A stretch of DNA of 64,000 bases from Trichosphaerium sp. ATCC 40318 (Eukaryota; Protista; Tubulinea). Position numbers and translations under genes: made by a program. This document shows, in pieces, positions 42,710 through 56,525 of this stretch. Under the pieces are notes generated by a model. The model saw only the letters and a program-made list of their open reading frames with translations, ran no database searches and was not told where the DNA came from. Within the stretch, counting starts at the first letter, position 1. Each line of letters starts with the position of its first letter. Location: positions 861,710-925,709 of the forward strand of contig JALMLS010000093.1 of NCBI GenBank assembly GCA_038496445.1, written 5' to 3'.

Positions 42710-43767
42710 GCACAAGCAACAACAAACAACATACCCATCATTGTCTCTTCCAGCTCTGTTTAATGTTCCAAGAGACATGTTATTAGAAATACATGGCACA
42801 ACTGATGTAAAAACTTACCACAACTTGCCGCTAGTGTGCAAGTCATTTTTGACATTGTTGTTTGAGAGATATGGCAACAGATGGGTGAAAAAAGAAGTTT
42901 GGATAAAGTCGAATGAACATGGTACCATAAAAGCTGTGTTTAAAAAAGGACGATGTATCCAGCTATATTTTGACACGATATTTTATGGTATAGTAATGAG
43001 GTTAGTAAACTTACTTTAGTATTTAACTTTACCTGTTAATAGCCATTGTAGTGACACTTTCAACTTTAACATGGAGGGTGTGTTTTCGCACGGATCAAGA
43101 CACACCTCTGAAGACGGTGGCAGAACGGTAACTGTCAACTTCGAACAAACAACTTCTGGCTACGTCATTCAAAATCACTTCTTTTTTTTGGATACAAAAT
43201 ATCTTTCAAACACTACATACACACTTCAAAAACAATTAGTATCAGTGTCTGTTGTAGCTTTTGTTGGTGATGAGCAATTTCTTGTTTGGAAGACAGATTA
43301 TGGACCTGGTATAGATTATTGTTATCGTTGTTACGATGTAAAAAGTCAACAAGTCTTATTGGAAGTGTCAAACACATTGTTCATCAATCATGGGCTAAAT
43401 ACTAAGACAGGTACATAATATGTTCTTGCCACTGTACCATTACTCAAGAAATCACTGACAACCATTAGTAACATTACTTTCTGAGGACTCTGACAGTCAT
43501 AACGAACATGTAGCCGCTGCTGAAGGTCTTAACAAAAAAGGACTCAAATGGTGGCCGTTTATAGATAAGTGGCTTGAAGGGAAAGTTACTAGTGACGGTA
43601 TGTGGGTATTTCCCAACTCAGTTGCAGCAGAGTATCACGCGGGTGAGATGGGCACTTTGACATCATTCGAGGCAATGTTTACTTTTCCAGAAATTGAGCG
43701 ATGGAATGTAGCGATGGATTCATTCCTATTGGTTTCATTAGATGCTCCAGCCTATTCTCGATTGTAA
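42710..43767 (+). CDS. F-box-like cargo gene of element A (spliced, start uncertain)
   Basis: LFNVPRDMLLEIHG...YHNLPLVCKSFLTL F-box-like pattern, followed by two downstream exons. Confidence 0.5.
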
Positions 43768-44079
43768 AACAACTTTACAATAAACACTTTTTATAATTAT
43801 GTTTACTGAAATGAATCAAAGGCTGTCGGAGTTTATTAGGTACTCCGTAATAATCGTATTGTCATAAATGATACTTTTCCGGCAAATACTGGTTTTAGAT
43901 AATTGCCGGAAAGTTACCATTTGATGTTACAGTACAAAATGGTATTTGCCATCAAAGTTTACTTTTGTGGCAAATATTGTGTTTTGACAGCAATTTCCAT
44001 ACTTATTTTTACCCCTGTTTTTTTTTTTTTTGATTATTTTTTGATTTTTTCCCCTAAAGTATTCATAACACATTTTTCA

Positions 44080-46000
44080 TGTGTCGAACGTGCGACCGCG
44101 AGCTCGCGGTCGTGTACAAACACTTAAATATCCTGTTGTAAAATCGTCAGTTTTTAGTGGTTTTTTTTTTTTTGTTTTTTTTTAAATTAATTTGTTTCTG
44201 TAGGAGAGATTTCCATTTGTTGAAGGAGTAGACCAACTGCAGAAGTTTATCAAAGACGTCAGAAAAATCTACTCTTCGGACGAAGAAAAGTGGTGGAAGC
44301 CAATGCACTTTGAAGGCAACTACACCAGAGATTACAAAAAGCACAAACCCATGCTGAGAGAACACGGAGATGAGGAATCGAAGGTAGAGGAGAAGGAGAG
44401 AAATGGATGGATTATAAGCTGCAAGTGGAGACAGTTGTATTGGCAGGTGCTACTCTGGACTGGCATATTTTACACAGCCATGGAACTTCATGTCACAGAT
44501 TCTTGGTACTACATTGCCCTTCTTTTGGTCCATTTTAGAGATTTCTTGAGCTTTGGCAATGATTCAGATTTCCATCTCTTTGTGGAGTAAGTAACAATTT
44601 TCGCGATATTTTTTTAACACACATTCAACGTGTTCGAAAACAAATGACATTCATTTTTTGTTTTTTTTTTTTTTGTTTTTTTTTTTTTTATTTTTAACTT
44701 TTATGTAGCTACATGAAGACAGGCACCAATAAATTGAATGGCTGCATCATAAAGCCATCAATACAAAAGGGCCTGCTAAGAGGGATTGCTGCCAACTCTA
44801 TCAACAAGAAGTATCTGAGAGTGAAGAAGCCCTCATTTTACAAAGGCCCCTTGGACATGTCACACATAGCTTGTTTTTTGAATGTCAGAGGAGTCAACCC
44901 CAGGAACATTATACAAAAGATGCCTATTTATGAAACCTTCACCAAAAGGTTTGTGCTTTGCCCTATGCCTATTGTTTGGTGTGATGAATACAATACAGAC
45001 CCTATTGTTGGCTTTGGAGTTGGAGATGGAGCACACTGTCTTTTGACAGAGTTGGCGTACGTTCGCGAATATTTTCGAACACGTATTTTACGTGTCGGTC
45101 GACCGACCGCGAGCTCACGGTCACGTTCGAACACGAGATTTTCCTGTCGTAAAAAAACCTCGAACAACGAACCTTTTTTTTGTTTTTCTGGTTTTTTACT
45201 TTTCCTTACCTTATTGTTCAATTGTTTCTTACTTGTTTGCCTTAGACAAAATGCAGCTAAAACCTGCAAATTTGCAATCAAAAATGTGGAGTGGATAAAT
45301 CCTTTCGCCAAGATGCAAGCGATAGCGATCTACTGCACCAAGATCAACTTTCTGCAAAGTCTGACCACTCCAGACTCCAAGGTGGATCGCTACCGCCACC
45401 TGTTCAAGATGTGGTGCGACGACGCGGGCCAGGTCTTCGATTACCAAGCGGAGGCGGGAGATATAGGTAAGGTGAATTTTGCGATATGGGGAGCCAGCAG
45501 AGTCAAACCTCAGCTCAGTCCTGCTCAATGGAAAGAGGTGAGGGTTGTTTTTTTTTTTTATTTTAATCTTTTTTTTTTTATTTTAATCTTTTTTTTTTTA
45601 TTTTAATCTTTTTTTTTTTTTTCGCAAGTATTTTTAAACAGAGGTTCCGCGTGTCGTAGATCGTACCGCGAGCTCGCAGTCGCGTACGAACACTAAAATA
45701 CTCTGTTATAAAACCGACGATTTTTAGTTTGTATTTTTTTTTTATTTGTATGTTATAACTGATTGTTTTGTTTAGTTTTTGGTTAAGATGAATCTATACT
45801 TTCCATATGTGACCAACTGGAAAGAAAGCAAACAGTTTGTTAAGGCTGGCATGTTTTTTGAGCCATTGGACAGTGCTCTGATAGCAGAATTGGTTGCATC
45901 TGCTGAAAATGTGGTACGTAGGCTTTCGTCTTTATTCGAACACGCATTTCACGTGTCGAAGTACAGACCGCGAGCTCGCGGTCGGATTCGAACACGCATT
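44080..46000. repeat. Intronic palindrome modules CGTGT(T)CG-N5/7-GACCGCGAGCTCGCGGTC-N5/7-CG(A)ACAC
   Basis: Cores at 44094 (perfect), 45105, 45664 and 45966 (perfect), one in each of four introns. Confidence 0.9.
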
Positions 46001-47159
46001 TTGTGTGTCGTACAAAGTTTCGGTCGTTCACTCACACTCTCATCATAGCACACCAAACATCCAGTGGGCTACAGAACTAGAATATTGGCTCATGCTGCAT
46101 GGGCAGAGTTACCTCTCCATGCCAGAATAGCAGTAAGTCAAGTACCTTTTATATTTTTTTTTGAAAAAAGGGTTTGTGCCTAACTTGTACATTTAGTTTG
46201 TCAAGGCACTGACCTGCAGGGTGTATCATGAGACCAATCAATCTTATTATTTGCAGAGGTACAAGAACTGCAGCCAATATATCACACAGGTACAAAAAAA
46301 AAAAAAACCAATCGGTCAGTTTTTTTTTGTTGTTTTTTTTTGTTGTTTTTTTTTTTTTCTTCTCCCTCCACCCTCATCTAACTTTAACTCGAGGCCTTGA
46401 GACAGCTGAACGAGCTCGGTTGGTACGAGCTCTCGTGGGACACGAGCACCGAGGAGGAGCACGTGAATTTCGCGAACAGCCTGCGTCCGTGTATATTTCG
46501 CCAGCTTCTGATGTACGACCTGCACTTGCTTTGGACCGGCACCACAGAAGATGGCCAAAAATTGCCCAAGATGGTTATAAAAGAGATGAAGTACAAGCAA
46601 GCAGCAACGGTGCTCTCCTTCTCTCACACTGCCCTGTTGTCTATGCAGTGTTTGGATTTGCCTGAGGTGGAGGAAGCAAGTAAGTGTCATTTTTTTTTTT
46701 TTTACACTACACATCCAATGTCGCGCTCGGCGCTACACGCGAATCGCCTGTTCGTCGAACGTGGCGGTCGTACTCTTTTCTTTTTCTTTTTTTTTTTTTC
46801 TCTCCCCTAGTTTACTTTTAAACTAATGTCCTTTGTAGCTCCTCAGTTAGAAGCCATGTTGGAGAATGCCTACTTACCTTTTAGAGATACAAGGGCCAAG
46901 AACACTGCCAATGCAAGGGCAAGTGAAGGCAGTGCCATAAACAGGCATAAAAAAAAAGGTAAAGGCAAAGGCAAGAAAAAGAAGCCTATGGTTAAAACAA
47001 CTCCTCCTACATCAGATGAAGAAGAAGATTTTGAAGAAAAAGAAGATGAGGATGAGGATGCAGTAGTAAAATCAAATCGGTATTTTTGAAGGATTCCGTG
47101 TTAAATTCCAAAGGATTTATAAGCGGAAAATCTCTTCCTTTATTCCTATGGAATCCCAA

Positions 47160-47400
47160 TGAAATTCCGTAAGGATTTGGAGCGGTATTCCGTAAGGATT
47201 TAGAGCGGTATTCCGTAAGGATTTAGAGCGGTATTCCGTAAGGATTTAGAGCGGTATTCCGTAAGGATTTAGAGCGGAATTCCGCAAGGATTTAGAGCGG
47301 TATTCCGTAAGGATTTAAAACGGAATTCCTTAAGGATTTAGAGTGGAATTCCATAAGGATTTACAGTGGTATTCCGTAAGGATTTAAAGCAGGATTCCAA
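47160..47400. repeat. 23-bp tandem array (~10 copies), left subterminal region of element B
   Basis: Unit GCGGTATTCCGTAAGGATTTAGA; related inverted motifs (TAAATCCTAAGGAAT, AAAATCCGTA) at 61870-62030. Confidence 0.9.
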
Positions 47401-47451
47401 AAGAATTTGTTACGAAATTGTTGTTTATTTATTATCCACAACAGTACTTGT

Positions 47452-49559
47452 TTAAGCACCTGTAAATGTGTAGTGGTTGTTTCCAGTTACCAGTTCATCC
47501 ATTATGCATTGCATAGGAACACAATTGGTTGCCACTAAACAGACAATTAAATTTAATTGAAAATTACATGTTACGTACATAAAGGGTATTTTTGTATTAT
47601 TTGGCTGTGATCTGTTACATGTTTGACGCCTTTTAAAAATGTAAACAATTGTGATTGTAGCCCTTCCAAGTGTATGTCATCAGATGCGTTATCAAGGTAA
47701 TCAATTGGTTTTGATTTGTCATGATAGCATTTATCAATACATTTAAGTATACCTACTCCCGTGGCACCTGACGAAACACATTTTTTTAAAATAATGCTTT
47801 TTGGGTTTTTTTTGCATTTAAGAAAGGCCAATACGAGAGTTTTAGTCTTTTCAGCTTGGTGTTCAGGAGCTAAAACCAATTAATAAATAACAAAGTTCTT
47901 TTAAACACGTACCCAAAAAAATGACAGTTTTTTTTTCTTTGACAGTTAACGTCCAATGCCTACAACAAAACTTAGAAAAACAAACAAACGTTGGTAGTAC
48001 CATGTTTGTGGGTAGTCCAACTCTAAACCAATTGCATCTGGAGAACAAGCGATGGTTACTTTGTCATCGTTGCCAAATATCACTGGTACAGGAGCAATCC
48101 AACTTGCAGAGTGATGATTGGAAAGACTCTTCTGTAAGAAAATGTAAGTTCGCAAAAACCAATTTGTTAAATTACGTGCCGCTTTATGTTTGTTAAAATC
48201 TGTTGGTGCAATTATTGATCCATCATACTTTAATCGTATCAATGCCCAAAGAGCTTTTTGCGTTAACACAAAGTTATCTTTAGCAAACAATGGCAAGAAT
48301 TCTCGAATGCTTATATGCTTATCCTTTTCTGTACAAAACTCATCTTTCTTGTCTATAACAATCTAACAACAAGCATAAAAGACTACAATAGCCAAAAAAC
48401 AGGTTAGTGTACTTTGTAGGGCGCAGAATTATTTTGTAACGGGGTTGGTGAGTGTGATGTATTTGATACCACAAGCGTTGATGGACCAATTGTTTGTAAT
48501 GACAATATGGCAGGCATAGGAGGCAACAAATAGTTCTCATTGTTAAAAAGTTGCTGATTATTGATTGCAGAACTTGGTGTTTGCTCAAACACAACCATTG
48601 GATGTTGATAATTGGGTGTAGTGCTGTAACAGTTGTTAATAAGTTTTAAAAGCTACGAGACAAAATTACGTACATAAAAGAAAAATCAGCCTCTGCATAC
48701 TTTGTCTTGATTGCAGCTAGCCTAACATCATACGACGTTGATACACGTTCTGTGATGGACGAGCCAAGAGCGAAGACATAGTGGTAACAATCACAATAAA
48801 ATACATTGTCGTCTTTGTGAGGTTTGAAAAAAATAGGCAACATAATGTTAGCCAACGCAACCAATCTGTGTGCTGTATCAAATAATAAGTGATGATAAAG
48901 GTGTAAACAACAGTACGTACTTGTTGTTGTTTTTTCTTCTTTAGATTGAAAGTGCAAGAAAAATTTTGAAACAGCTGCTTTGTATCTTTTTAGCACACTT
49001 TCTTCTCTATACTTATCTAATTCTTTGTATATTTCAACCAGTGACAATTTTGTGGAAGTTTCAAAGCTATTGTACACTTTCAAAACTGAAATTTCAAGTT
49101 CACTTCGAGCTGGAATGTTCTTGAATTTCGTAGCGAGCCAAAGATATTGTATCATCAACGGTCTTCTCCACGGCTATAAAATAATTAGCATTCAAACTGT
49201 TCAAAAACGACAAAAGAGATGCCAAGCATTTGTAAAAGAGTGCTGGCTATGTAACTTTATGATTGGTGGATAAAAAGAAGCAAGCGACAGAAATTTTGGA
49301 AGATGTGTACCATGTTTGTTGCAGTTTGCTTTTTTTTGAGCAACAGTTGCACATCAGCGTGTAAAGCGTCTAATTTTTTGTTTTGGTCTATGGTAATTTG
49401 TAAAAGTGTCTGAAAGCAGCCTGTGTAACAATAAATTGGTTGTAAGAGCGTAATGAGTCTACCTTGAAAATATCTAGATAATTGTTTCATTTCTTCTGCA
49501 GCTGTAGGAGGAACAGTTGTTTCATCACTGGCTACACGTTTTCTTTTACGAGTGCTCAT
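47452..49559 (-). CDS. Element B accessory gene, unknown; basic NLS-like start
   Basis: Spliced exons from MSTRKRKRVASDE...; weak resemblance to the element A accessory gene (SIIAPTDF vs KIVNPTDL). Confidence 0.55.
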
Positions 49560-51605
49560 CGTAAAAAATAACAGATTACGATGTGGATTATGATGTGGAT
49601 TATGTTCTGACTTAATGTGTTTGGTTTTTGTTCATCATATTGACATCTAGATGAGATGAAAGATGCGACACGTATGGTGATATGTCATATTGTTAAGTTA
49701 TACAATATATTTCTTTGAAAGTGTTTTTGTTTTGCAGCTACATTTGTTTATCGTAGGTTGGAGTCAAATGACCTAAATTTACTTACCAATAAGTTATATA
49801 GTGATTGTTGATGTGATCTAACGGACCTAAAGTGTTAAACGATGACAAACATCAAAAAAAAGCTATAAAGCGTTAAATTAGGTTATTTTTGCGTAGAAAA
49901 AAGACATGGTGCATTTGTAATGTTGTTTGGTTCAACATAGAAATGTGTTGCGTTGAACTGATCAGTCATGAACAATTGTGCTTGTGAACAGCATCAAATT
50001 CTTGTTTTGAGCCATTTCCGACAGACGAAACTGAAAGTAGTGTAATATGATTTTTTATAGAAGTCATGGTTGTTTCATGAATCCATGTTCCCTTTTGACA
50101 CAACCAATTGCTTTTTACTAGCTCTTTTGCCAACACCAGAGACCATTGAAGTGCTTAAAGAGCTTTTATTAACATAAAGGACTTGACACAAATAAGCAGG
50201 CATTGGGATACTTTGAAAACAAAGATATCACCAATGTTATAGCAAAAGCAACAACAAGTGACTTGGTTGACAGGGTTGAACTCAAAGTGGCAGTAAAGAT
50301 GCTCAAAACAGTATTCAAAGAGAGAGTGGTGTTCAAACTGGTACTTTCCAATGCGATGTATGTGATATCTCAACTAAAGACAAGCTGTAAAAACTATATA
50401 CAAGTGTTAACAGAGGCTGTTTGTAGCACTTGCTCACGAACTAGTATTGAACGCGAACGACTTATCCATCACGGTTCAATTTGACAGTGTAGACCTAAAA
50501 GAATGACGCACAATCAAGATACTTCGAAGACATCTTAACAGCCTGCTATACATTGCTAAAGTTATCAATGGCAGACACTGGACATATAGAAATCAGTGTG
50601 CATGATAACTTACCTTTAAAAGTAAGACCATATCATCTGTTCAGGTTGTCAGGGTGATACACAGCATTGTATTGGACGACGTTGAAGATAAATCGCACCT
50701 TTCACCATCAAGTGACTCTTTACATCACACAAGTCTGGTCACTAAAGACAAACCATCATTCTGAAACAAGTAAAACGTACCAAAGCATGAACTGTCTGTG
50801 TTGATTGCTCAGTCTGTGTTTGTTGTGATGGCTGCATTGGCGTTGCTTATATTGCTTGGACGGCTTGAACGGCTTGAACAGCTTGAACAACCTGAGGTAC
50901 CAGCTTTTGTGATGTCATATTGTTAGAGTTATTAGGATTAATGCCATTAGCTTGTTTTCTGACTGGCGACAGTGCTGCTGAGGCTGTTTGTGTTTGTGCA
51001 AAAGCGACTAAAAGTAAGAAATGAGTGAAATTTATGAATAAAATTTGTACATACTCTTTCATAGCATAGCTGTGGGTAAACCACCGTTTAGTGGCGTGTA
51101 AGCTACATGTGGAACGTTTTGAGCCATTGTTGCACGTTGAGGCATATTTTGAGAGATAGCGCCCATTGCGTAACTGTACACCACTACACAACGCAGTTAG
51201 TAACGCAAAAGTACTTTGAGGTGGCATACCGCCTTGAAGCGATCAAATTAGCTCTAGCAACTAGCTGCTTGTTGCATTGCAACATGGTTCACCAAGAAAG
51301 TTGTTTGTTGTGGCGACATGTCCTTTGTAGAAGCTGTTTGGGTTCATCGTATGTTGTCTTACGCCCGTATTTGCTGTTTATTCAGCAAGTAGCCACTAAA
51401 GGCATTTTGTGATTCTGGGTTTTTAACCTCTATTGCTTGTGTTGGTGCGACTTGTTCATTTCCTTGCACACATTGTTCGTTTGGCGTCATTTGTGCAGGT
51501 GAACCTGTTAGTTGCGCATTGTTTGCAAGTTGCGTTTGCACAATTTCACCTTTAGTCCTGCCGGACCAAAACAAAACGAAACAAATACATGAATAAAGGT
51601 TTTAT

Positions 51606-52682
51606 TTACTTGGTCAAATCTATTACTTCTTTTTTAATCTTATATTTGCCAGTTTTCATCTTTAAGATAAAAAGATCGGTACAATTGAATTTTACTTTGC
51701 GTCCTTTGATGTACCTATAACCCGATTCAAAAGTGTTGGTTTCATCATAGTTACGCGTGTGTCCATGAAGGTATCCATTCTTATAATTTCGTACAGTTTG
51801 TCTGCTACCGTTTTCACGAAAGCGTTTGAAGACCACCATTGCACCGTTCTTGTATTCACATACCTTACGTACATTTCCGCATGGATAATATGCAGTCAGT
51901 TTTCCGTGTTTTACTCCTTGATGGAACGGTATAATGCGAACTATTTGGTTGTTCTCGTAAAAACGAGCTTGGCCGTGTTTCTTACCATTGACAACGGGTA
52001 CTGAAGCAAACAAGTTACCTTGACTATACAAACGTTGTAATCCATCAACATGTCCACCAAAAAAGATACGAGTTCTAGTCTTGTTTCCGTTCTTGTCGTA
52101 GTCTGTAGATTCTCCATGTTTTACTCCAAGAGAGTACTGCTGGTCAAGTGCAACACTTCCGTCTTGAAAGTAATGCACATCTTTACCGTGTTTCATACCC
52201 TTTTTATAGTCCGTCTTTGATTTGATAGTGCCATTACGAAAATACTTGATAAGTTCAGATTCCAGAGAACCGAATTCTATTTTGCATTTGCTTATCAGCT
52301 CGCCAGAATTGTGATATTGCTTAAATTCACCGTGATACACTCCATAATAATAATTTCCGTGTGTGTATGTGTCGTCTTTTATGAATACGGCAGGTCCATG
52401 TGGTGATCCTCGACGATAACTACGCTTACCACAAATAGGCTTGTTCCAATTTTGTGTCCAAGTTCCTATCGGTTCCAAATCCTCATTAAAACGCATTAAT
52501 GCCAAATATTTGCATACTAGAGGCATTAACACATACGCTTCATAGGCAAATGAACAAATGAAGGCAATCTCCTTCAAGGAAAAGTCTAACAACGACTATC
52601 GTTTGTTAGTGTTGGAAAAAACTAAATTCCGTACGTGACAGAGTTGACTTGGCGTAGTTTGTAGGCGCTTTTGATTTTGCAT
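51606..52682 (-). CDS. MORN-variant (YwqK-like) repeat protein with degenerate F-box-like N-terminus
   Basis: Repeats YxxGxKHGxxxxYxxxG; N-terminal LLDFSLKEIAFICSF...LMPLVCKYL; one short 5' intron, then a ~990-nt exon. Confidence 0.8.
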
Positions 52683-53747
52683 GCTAATCCTAAGTACATT
52701 ATTAGTTCGTGTTTTGGGATTGTACAAAAAAAGAACAAATCACATAAATAAATACTCTTGTACTAAAAATGGGTGCACGTCCTCAATGTTGTTTTGTTTT
52801 GTACGTTTTTGAGGAGTTCTACGCGTTTAAAGCGAAAACGCGGTTCTTAGACGATTAAAGTGGAAATACACTTTAAACGCACTTGCCACGCACTTGAAAC
52901 TCAAAAATATAGGCAAATCGTCCTTTTTCTAGTTTTAAAAACAATTTTTGTGCACTAGCCATGGAAATGCACTTTAATGCTAAAAACCGCTAAAATTAAG
53001 AGACTACGTACATTTTTTGCAAGAAATACTCGTTTATTTACTAACGTCGCTATTTTATGGTAAAAAGATGAGAATCAACCTTATACAGTACGTACATTAT
53101 GTGTTAGGCGTATTTAGGCGTCTATTCGTTGGTTAGAAGGCAAAGTAAGAAAGAAAAAACTTAAGCTGGTTCAAAGAACCACCAAAAGTCGCATTTGGTG
53201 TAGAATAGCGTTTTACGCTATTTAAACCTGTACAATAGCTTTACACAAGGTACGTAAGGTGCTACAAGAAGTTTAGGTTGATTTGTTTACTAGAGAACCT
53301 ATATAATCGAAGATTTGCGTTGGAACAGTACGTTTCTCTATTTTACATTGCATTTAACGTAGCGTTGGTTATGTTGCACAAGTTTAGATGTTGTGTTGTG
53401 TATAATGCATCAAGTCGTGAGCTGCAAGTCTTAGTTGTTGCAGATGCAAAGCGTTTGTCTTCTATACGATGAGAGTAAAACAGTGTAATGAAACTGCGTT
53501 GCCAATGCAGTTGCAATAAAAACGACTGAGGTATCGTTTTGAGCGAAAAGAAAGCTACACCGATGTTCAGATACGTTTGAAGAGTTTTCGTCAAGGAAAA
53601 GTACAACAACGTTTAAAACCGTTGTTAATGGCAATGTTAACATGCAAGATTACAATGGTGGTGTCAAATGAGCAATTTTGTTATGCTAGTGAACATTTAC
53701 ACTTATTTTTTGATTAAGCGTACTAACTCAATTTAGAATTGTTGATC

Positions 53748-56430
53748 ATGAGCGTAGAAACACCCAACAAGAAACGGTACGTCAACAAAGCACAAGTTTG
53801 ATTGTAACTTTATTAATAGCAAACGTTCAACTGTCAGTTCTCACACCAGCTCTCTTAAAGTAAAATTTCATCAACCTGCAGCTGTACTAATGCGTGTGCT
53901 TGGTTTAACACTCATTGTTTTCTTTAGCCATCAACGTATGCAACTGAAGCTCAAATTGAAGACTTAACGAAACAGCTACAAGTAGCTTGCAAGTCTGTGG
54001 CAAGTGTTTGTGCCACAGTATCAAGCATTAGCAATTTTCCGTTGTCTGGTAAAGGTTGGATCCTTACCAAAAAACACATCAAACAAACATCTAACAACGA
54101 AGACGTGAGAACAATATTAGCCACAGAGACTCCAAATTGTCTTTTATCCAGCAATTATATTTCAGCAATTAAAAAGGTACGCTTACATCATCTTTTTTTG
54201 TTTGTATTAACCACAATTGCATAGGCTGAAAGCCAAAGTACTTTCACAGTACTACAAATTCACAATGAGGCAATGTACATGGCAACAAAGGCTACGCAAC
54301 CTGGACAAACGATATCACTGGTTCCAAGATTAGCACATTGCGCGATCGTCTCGTTGAAACAAAATGGATCTGTTATTCCTACACAAGAAGACGAAATGCG
54401 AATGATCGACAGCGCTCGAACAAGCTCGAGAAATAATATCATTGTTAAGTTAGATGTGAATGTACCCATGAAAGGTTTCATCACAAGGCAAAAAATAACA
54501 GGACAACGCCACAAATTAACAGCAGGTGCAAGAAACAGCATATATTTGTATCATGTGCCGAATGAAGATAATGTGCAAAGTATACTTGGCTGTTGTAAGC
54601 AATTTGCAATGAAAAACTCGCATCTCTTAAGACATAAGGTACATACGATAGTTTAATCGTATTGTTTACTTGATTTAGATAATAGCAATAGACAGTAAAT
54701 CTGCGTTTACTGCGTATAAAATTAAAAAACAAAGAAGCTGGTTTTTCAACTCATCATGGATTGTTCCGTTTACTGGTAAAATGGCTGGCAACAGACACAT
54801 GTTCAATTGGTCAAAGACTGATGCGCAGGACAATATTCTTTTACAGCCTTTGATCGATTTGCACATGACGATGAGCAAAAATGCAAATAGTCGCGATTTT
54901 AATGAACAGGGAACTCTTTGCATCAGCTTAAAAGTAAGCAAACGTTCAAACAGTTAACTCGTAACATTATACTAGGAATACATTCCAGGTTGCACAGGAA
55001 TTCCCTTTCATGTTGACGGTGGCATAAACAGCCACGTAAATGAAACTAATGGCATCACTTGTTTTGGGTTTACATTGCGAGATTCTATCGACTGTAATTT
55101 AAAAACAATAGAGGTTGAAGGTAAACTGCAAGTAGTTGTTCATCACAGTTAATTGTATCATTAGGAAGCCACAAAACTCACATTTTAACAGGCAATAACT
55201 TTATATGGGCATTGCATGGTAGTTGTGCTAATGGCAAAGGCGCTGGAGGAGTAAGACACAAACTAGACATAACTGAGTTGCAACACAAACAAAGTGTCTG
55301 GACCATAGTATTACGACGCATGATTTTACACACAGGAAAGGTTTGTGCTAGAATCCAATGTTTACAACTTTTTTCACATCACTTTAGATTGATGACGCAA
55401 TAGACAACAAAATTGCTTTTATAAACCAACTGAGCGCTTCTTTGAAACAATATCCAAATTTAAAGCCGTTGAGCCATAAGTTGGAGCTAAATACCTCATC
55501 AATTCGATACCAGGCAAACAAACATCTTTTGTTAAATGTGTTGGAGCTTCAGGCAACCCAAGGTTTACCAAAAGATGGATTATTTTGTTTACATGAAGGA
55601 GATTTACTCATGTCTGACTGTCACGCCTTGTATGCTTTGGGCTTGTACAATAATCCATACTGGGCTTTGCATGGAAATAAGAATGTTGGTTTGAAGGTTA
55701 TCATCAAGCCTGGGATGTATAACAATGAGTACTTTTATTCTTCTTTTACAGTAGCTTGTTGATTGTTGTTTTAGAATTGTACACAAAAATTGGATGTTAG
55801 TTCGTTTAAGTGACCACAAAACACACTACAATAGACAAGTGGATTACATCAAAAAATCTATTGAATTACAAGCTAAGCACCCTACTGACAGATTTAAAGG
55901 CAAAACGTACACCATTTTACCTTTAAATGCAACCAACGCAGATGTTGAAATACAAAAAAAATATCAATGTGAATTTCCAAATTGTACGTCAGTCCGATAC
56001 TCAATTTGCTAAACACATATTTGTGCAGGTTCAAAAGCAATTGGGCATGTGCAAGAGTGGTATGTGCATGGCATTGTGTACAATTACCAAGAGCGCATTG
56101 CTGTCTTTAGAAGAGAGCGCAGACAAAAAATGGCTTTGTTGGAACCTTTTGAAATAGTCGAAAAAGATAAAACTGACAGCTTCACTTTAGTAGACACCAG
56201 CTTGACATGTGAATGTTGTTTATACAAACCCAAATTTATTACCACCTTTATGTTCGAACCTACACAAGCACCTGTCGATGTAGATCATGAAGCAAACACT
56301 GCAGCATTTAATAGTGCGGTCAACAATTCAACGGTACTTGTTTTGATCCATATACATTGATTTTCAGCTTAAATTCTGTTTGTAGACTCTTGCAAAGTTT
56401 CCATTTAACATGCACAGCTCACGTGTATGA
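53748..56430 (+). CDS. 2OG-Fe(II) dioxygenase-like (AlkB-like) domain fused to an SRA/YDG-like domain (element B copy, core apparently intact)
   Basis: LKEYIPGCTGIPFHVD (AlkB-like xYxPGxGIxxHxD; HxD at 55009-55017); FIWALHG; VRHKL; WTIVLRR; then GLYNNPYWALHGNKNVGLKVIIKPGMYNNE (55640-55729). Confidence 0.7.
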
Positions 56431-56525
56431 GCAGCCTCATAATTGTTAGTTACAAGTCAATAAAAATGGCACAGAAATACGACGACTTTAAATAAATAAA
56501 GATATTTTTTCACTTGCAACTCTAA

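Larger units (their letters stand above)
25557..44017 (-). mobile_element. Element A: 18.5-kb giant CMC(CACTA/Mirage/Plavaka)-like DNA transposon
   Basis: TIRs CAGGGCTAAAAATA / CAGGGGTAAAAATA (13/14); TT on both flanks (25555-56, 44018-19); subterminal repeats; internal DDE transposase; the host intron resumes after 44017. Confidence 0.85.

Noticed and set aside
47160-47400. CRISPR-like array
   Set aside because: Contiguous tandem units with no unique spacers, eukaryotic context and no cas genes. The same applies to the 33-bp array and the palindrome cluster.
49900-51600. Additional cargo gene(s) in element B
   Set aside because: Only Q/T-rich and short fragments on both strands with internal stops; no consistent exon chain could be built.
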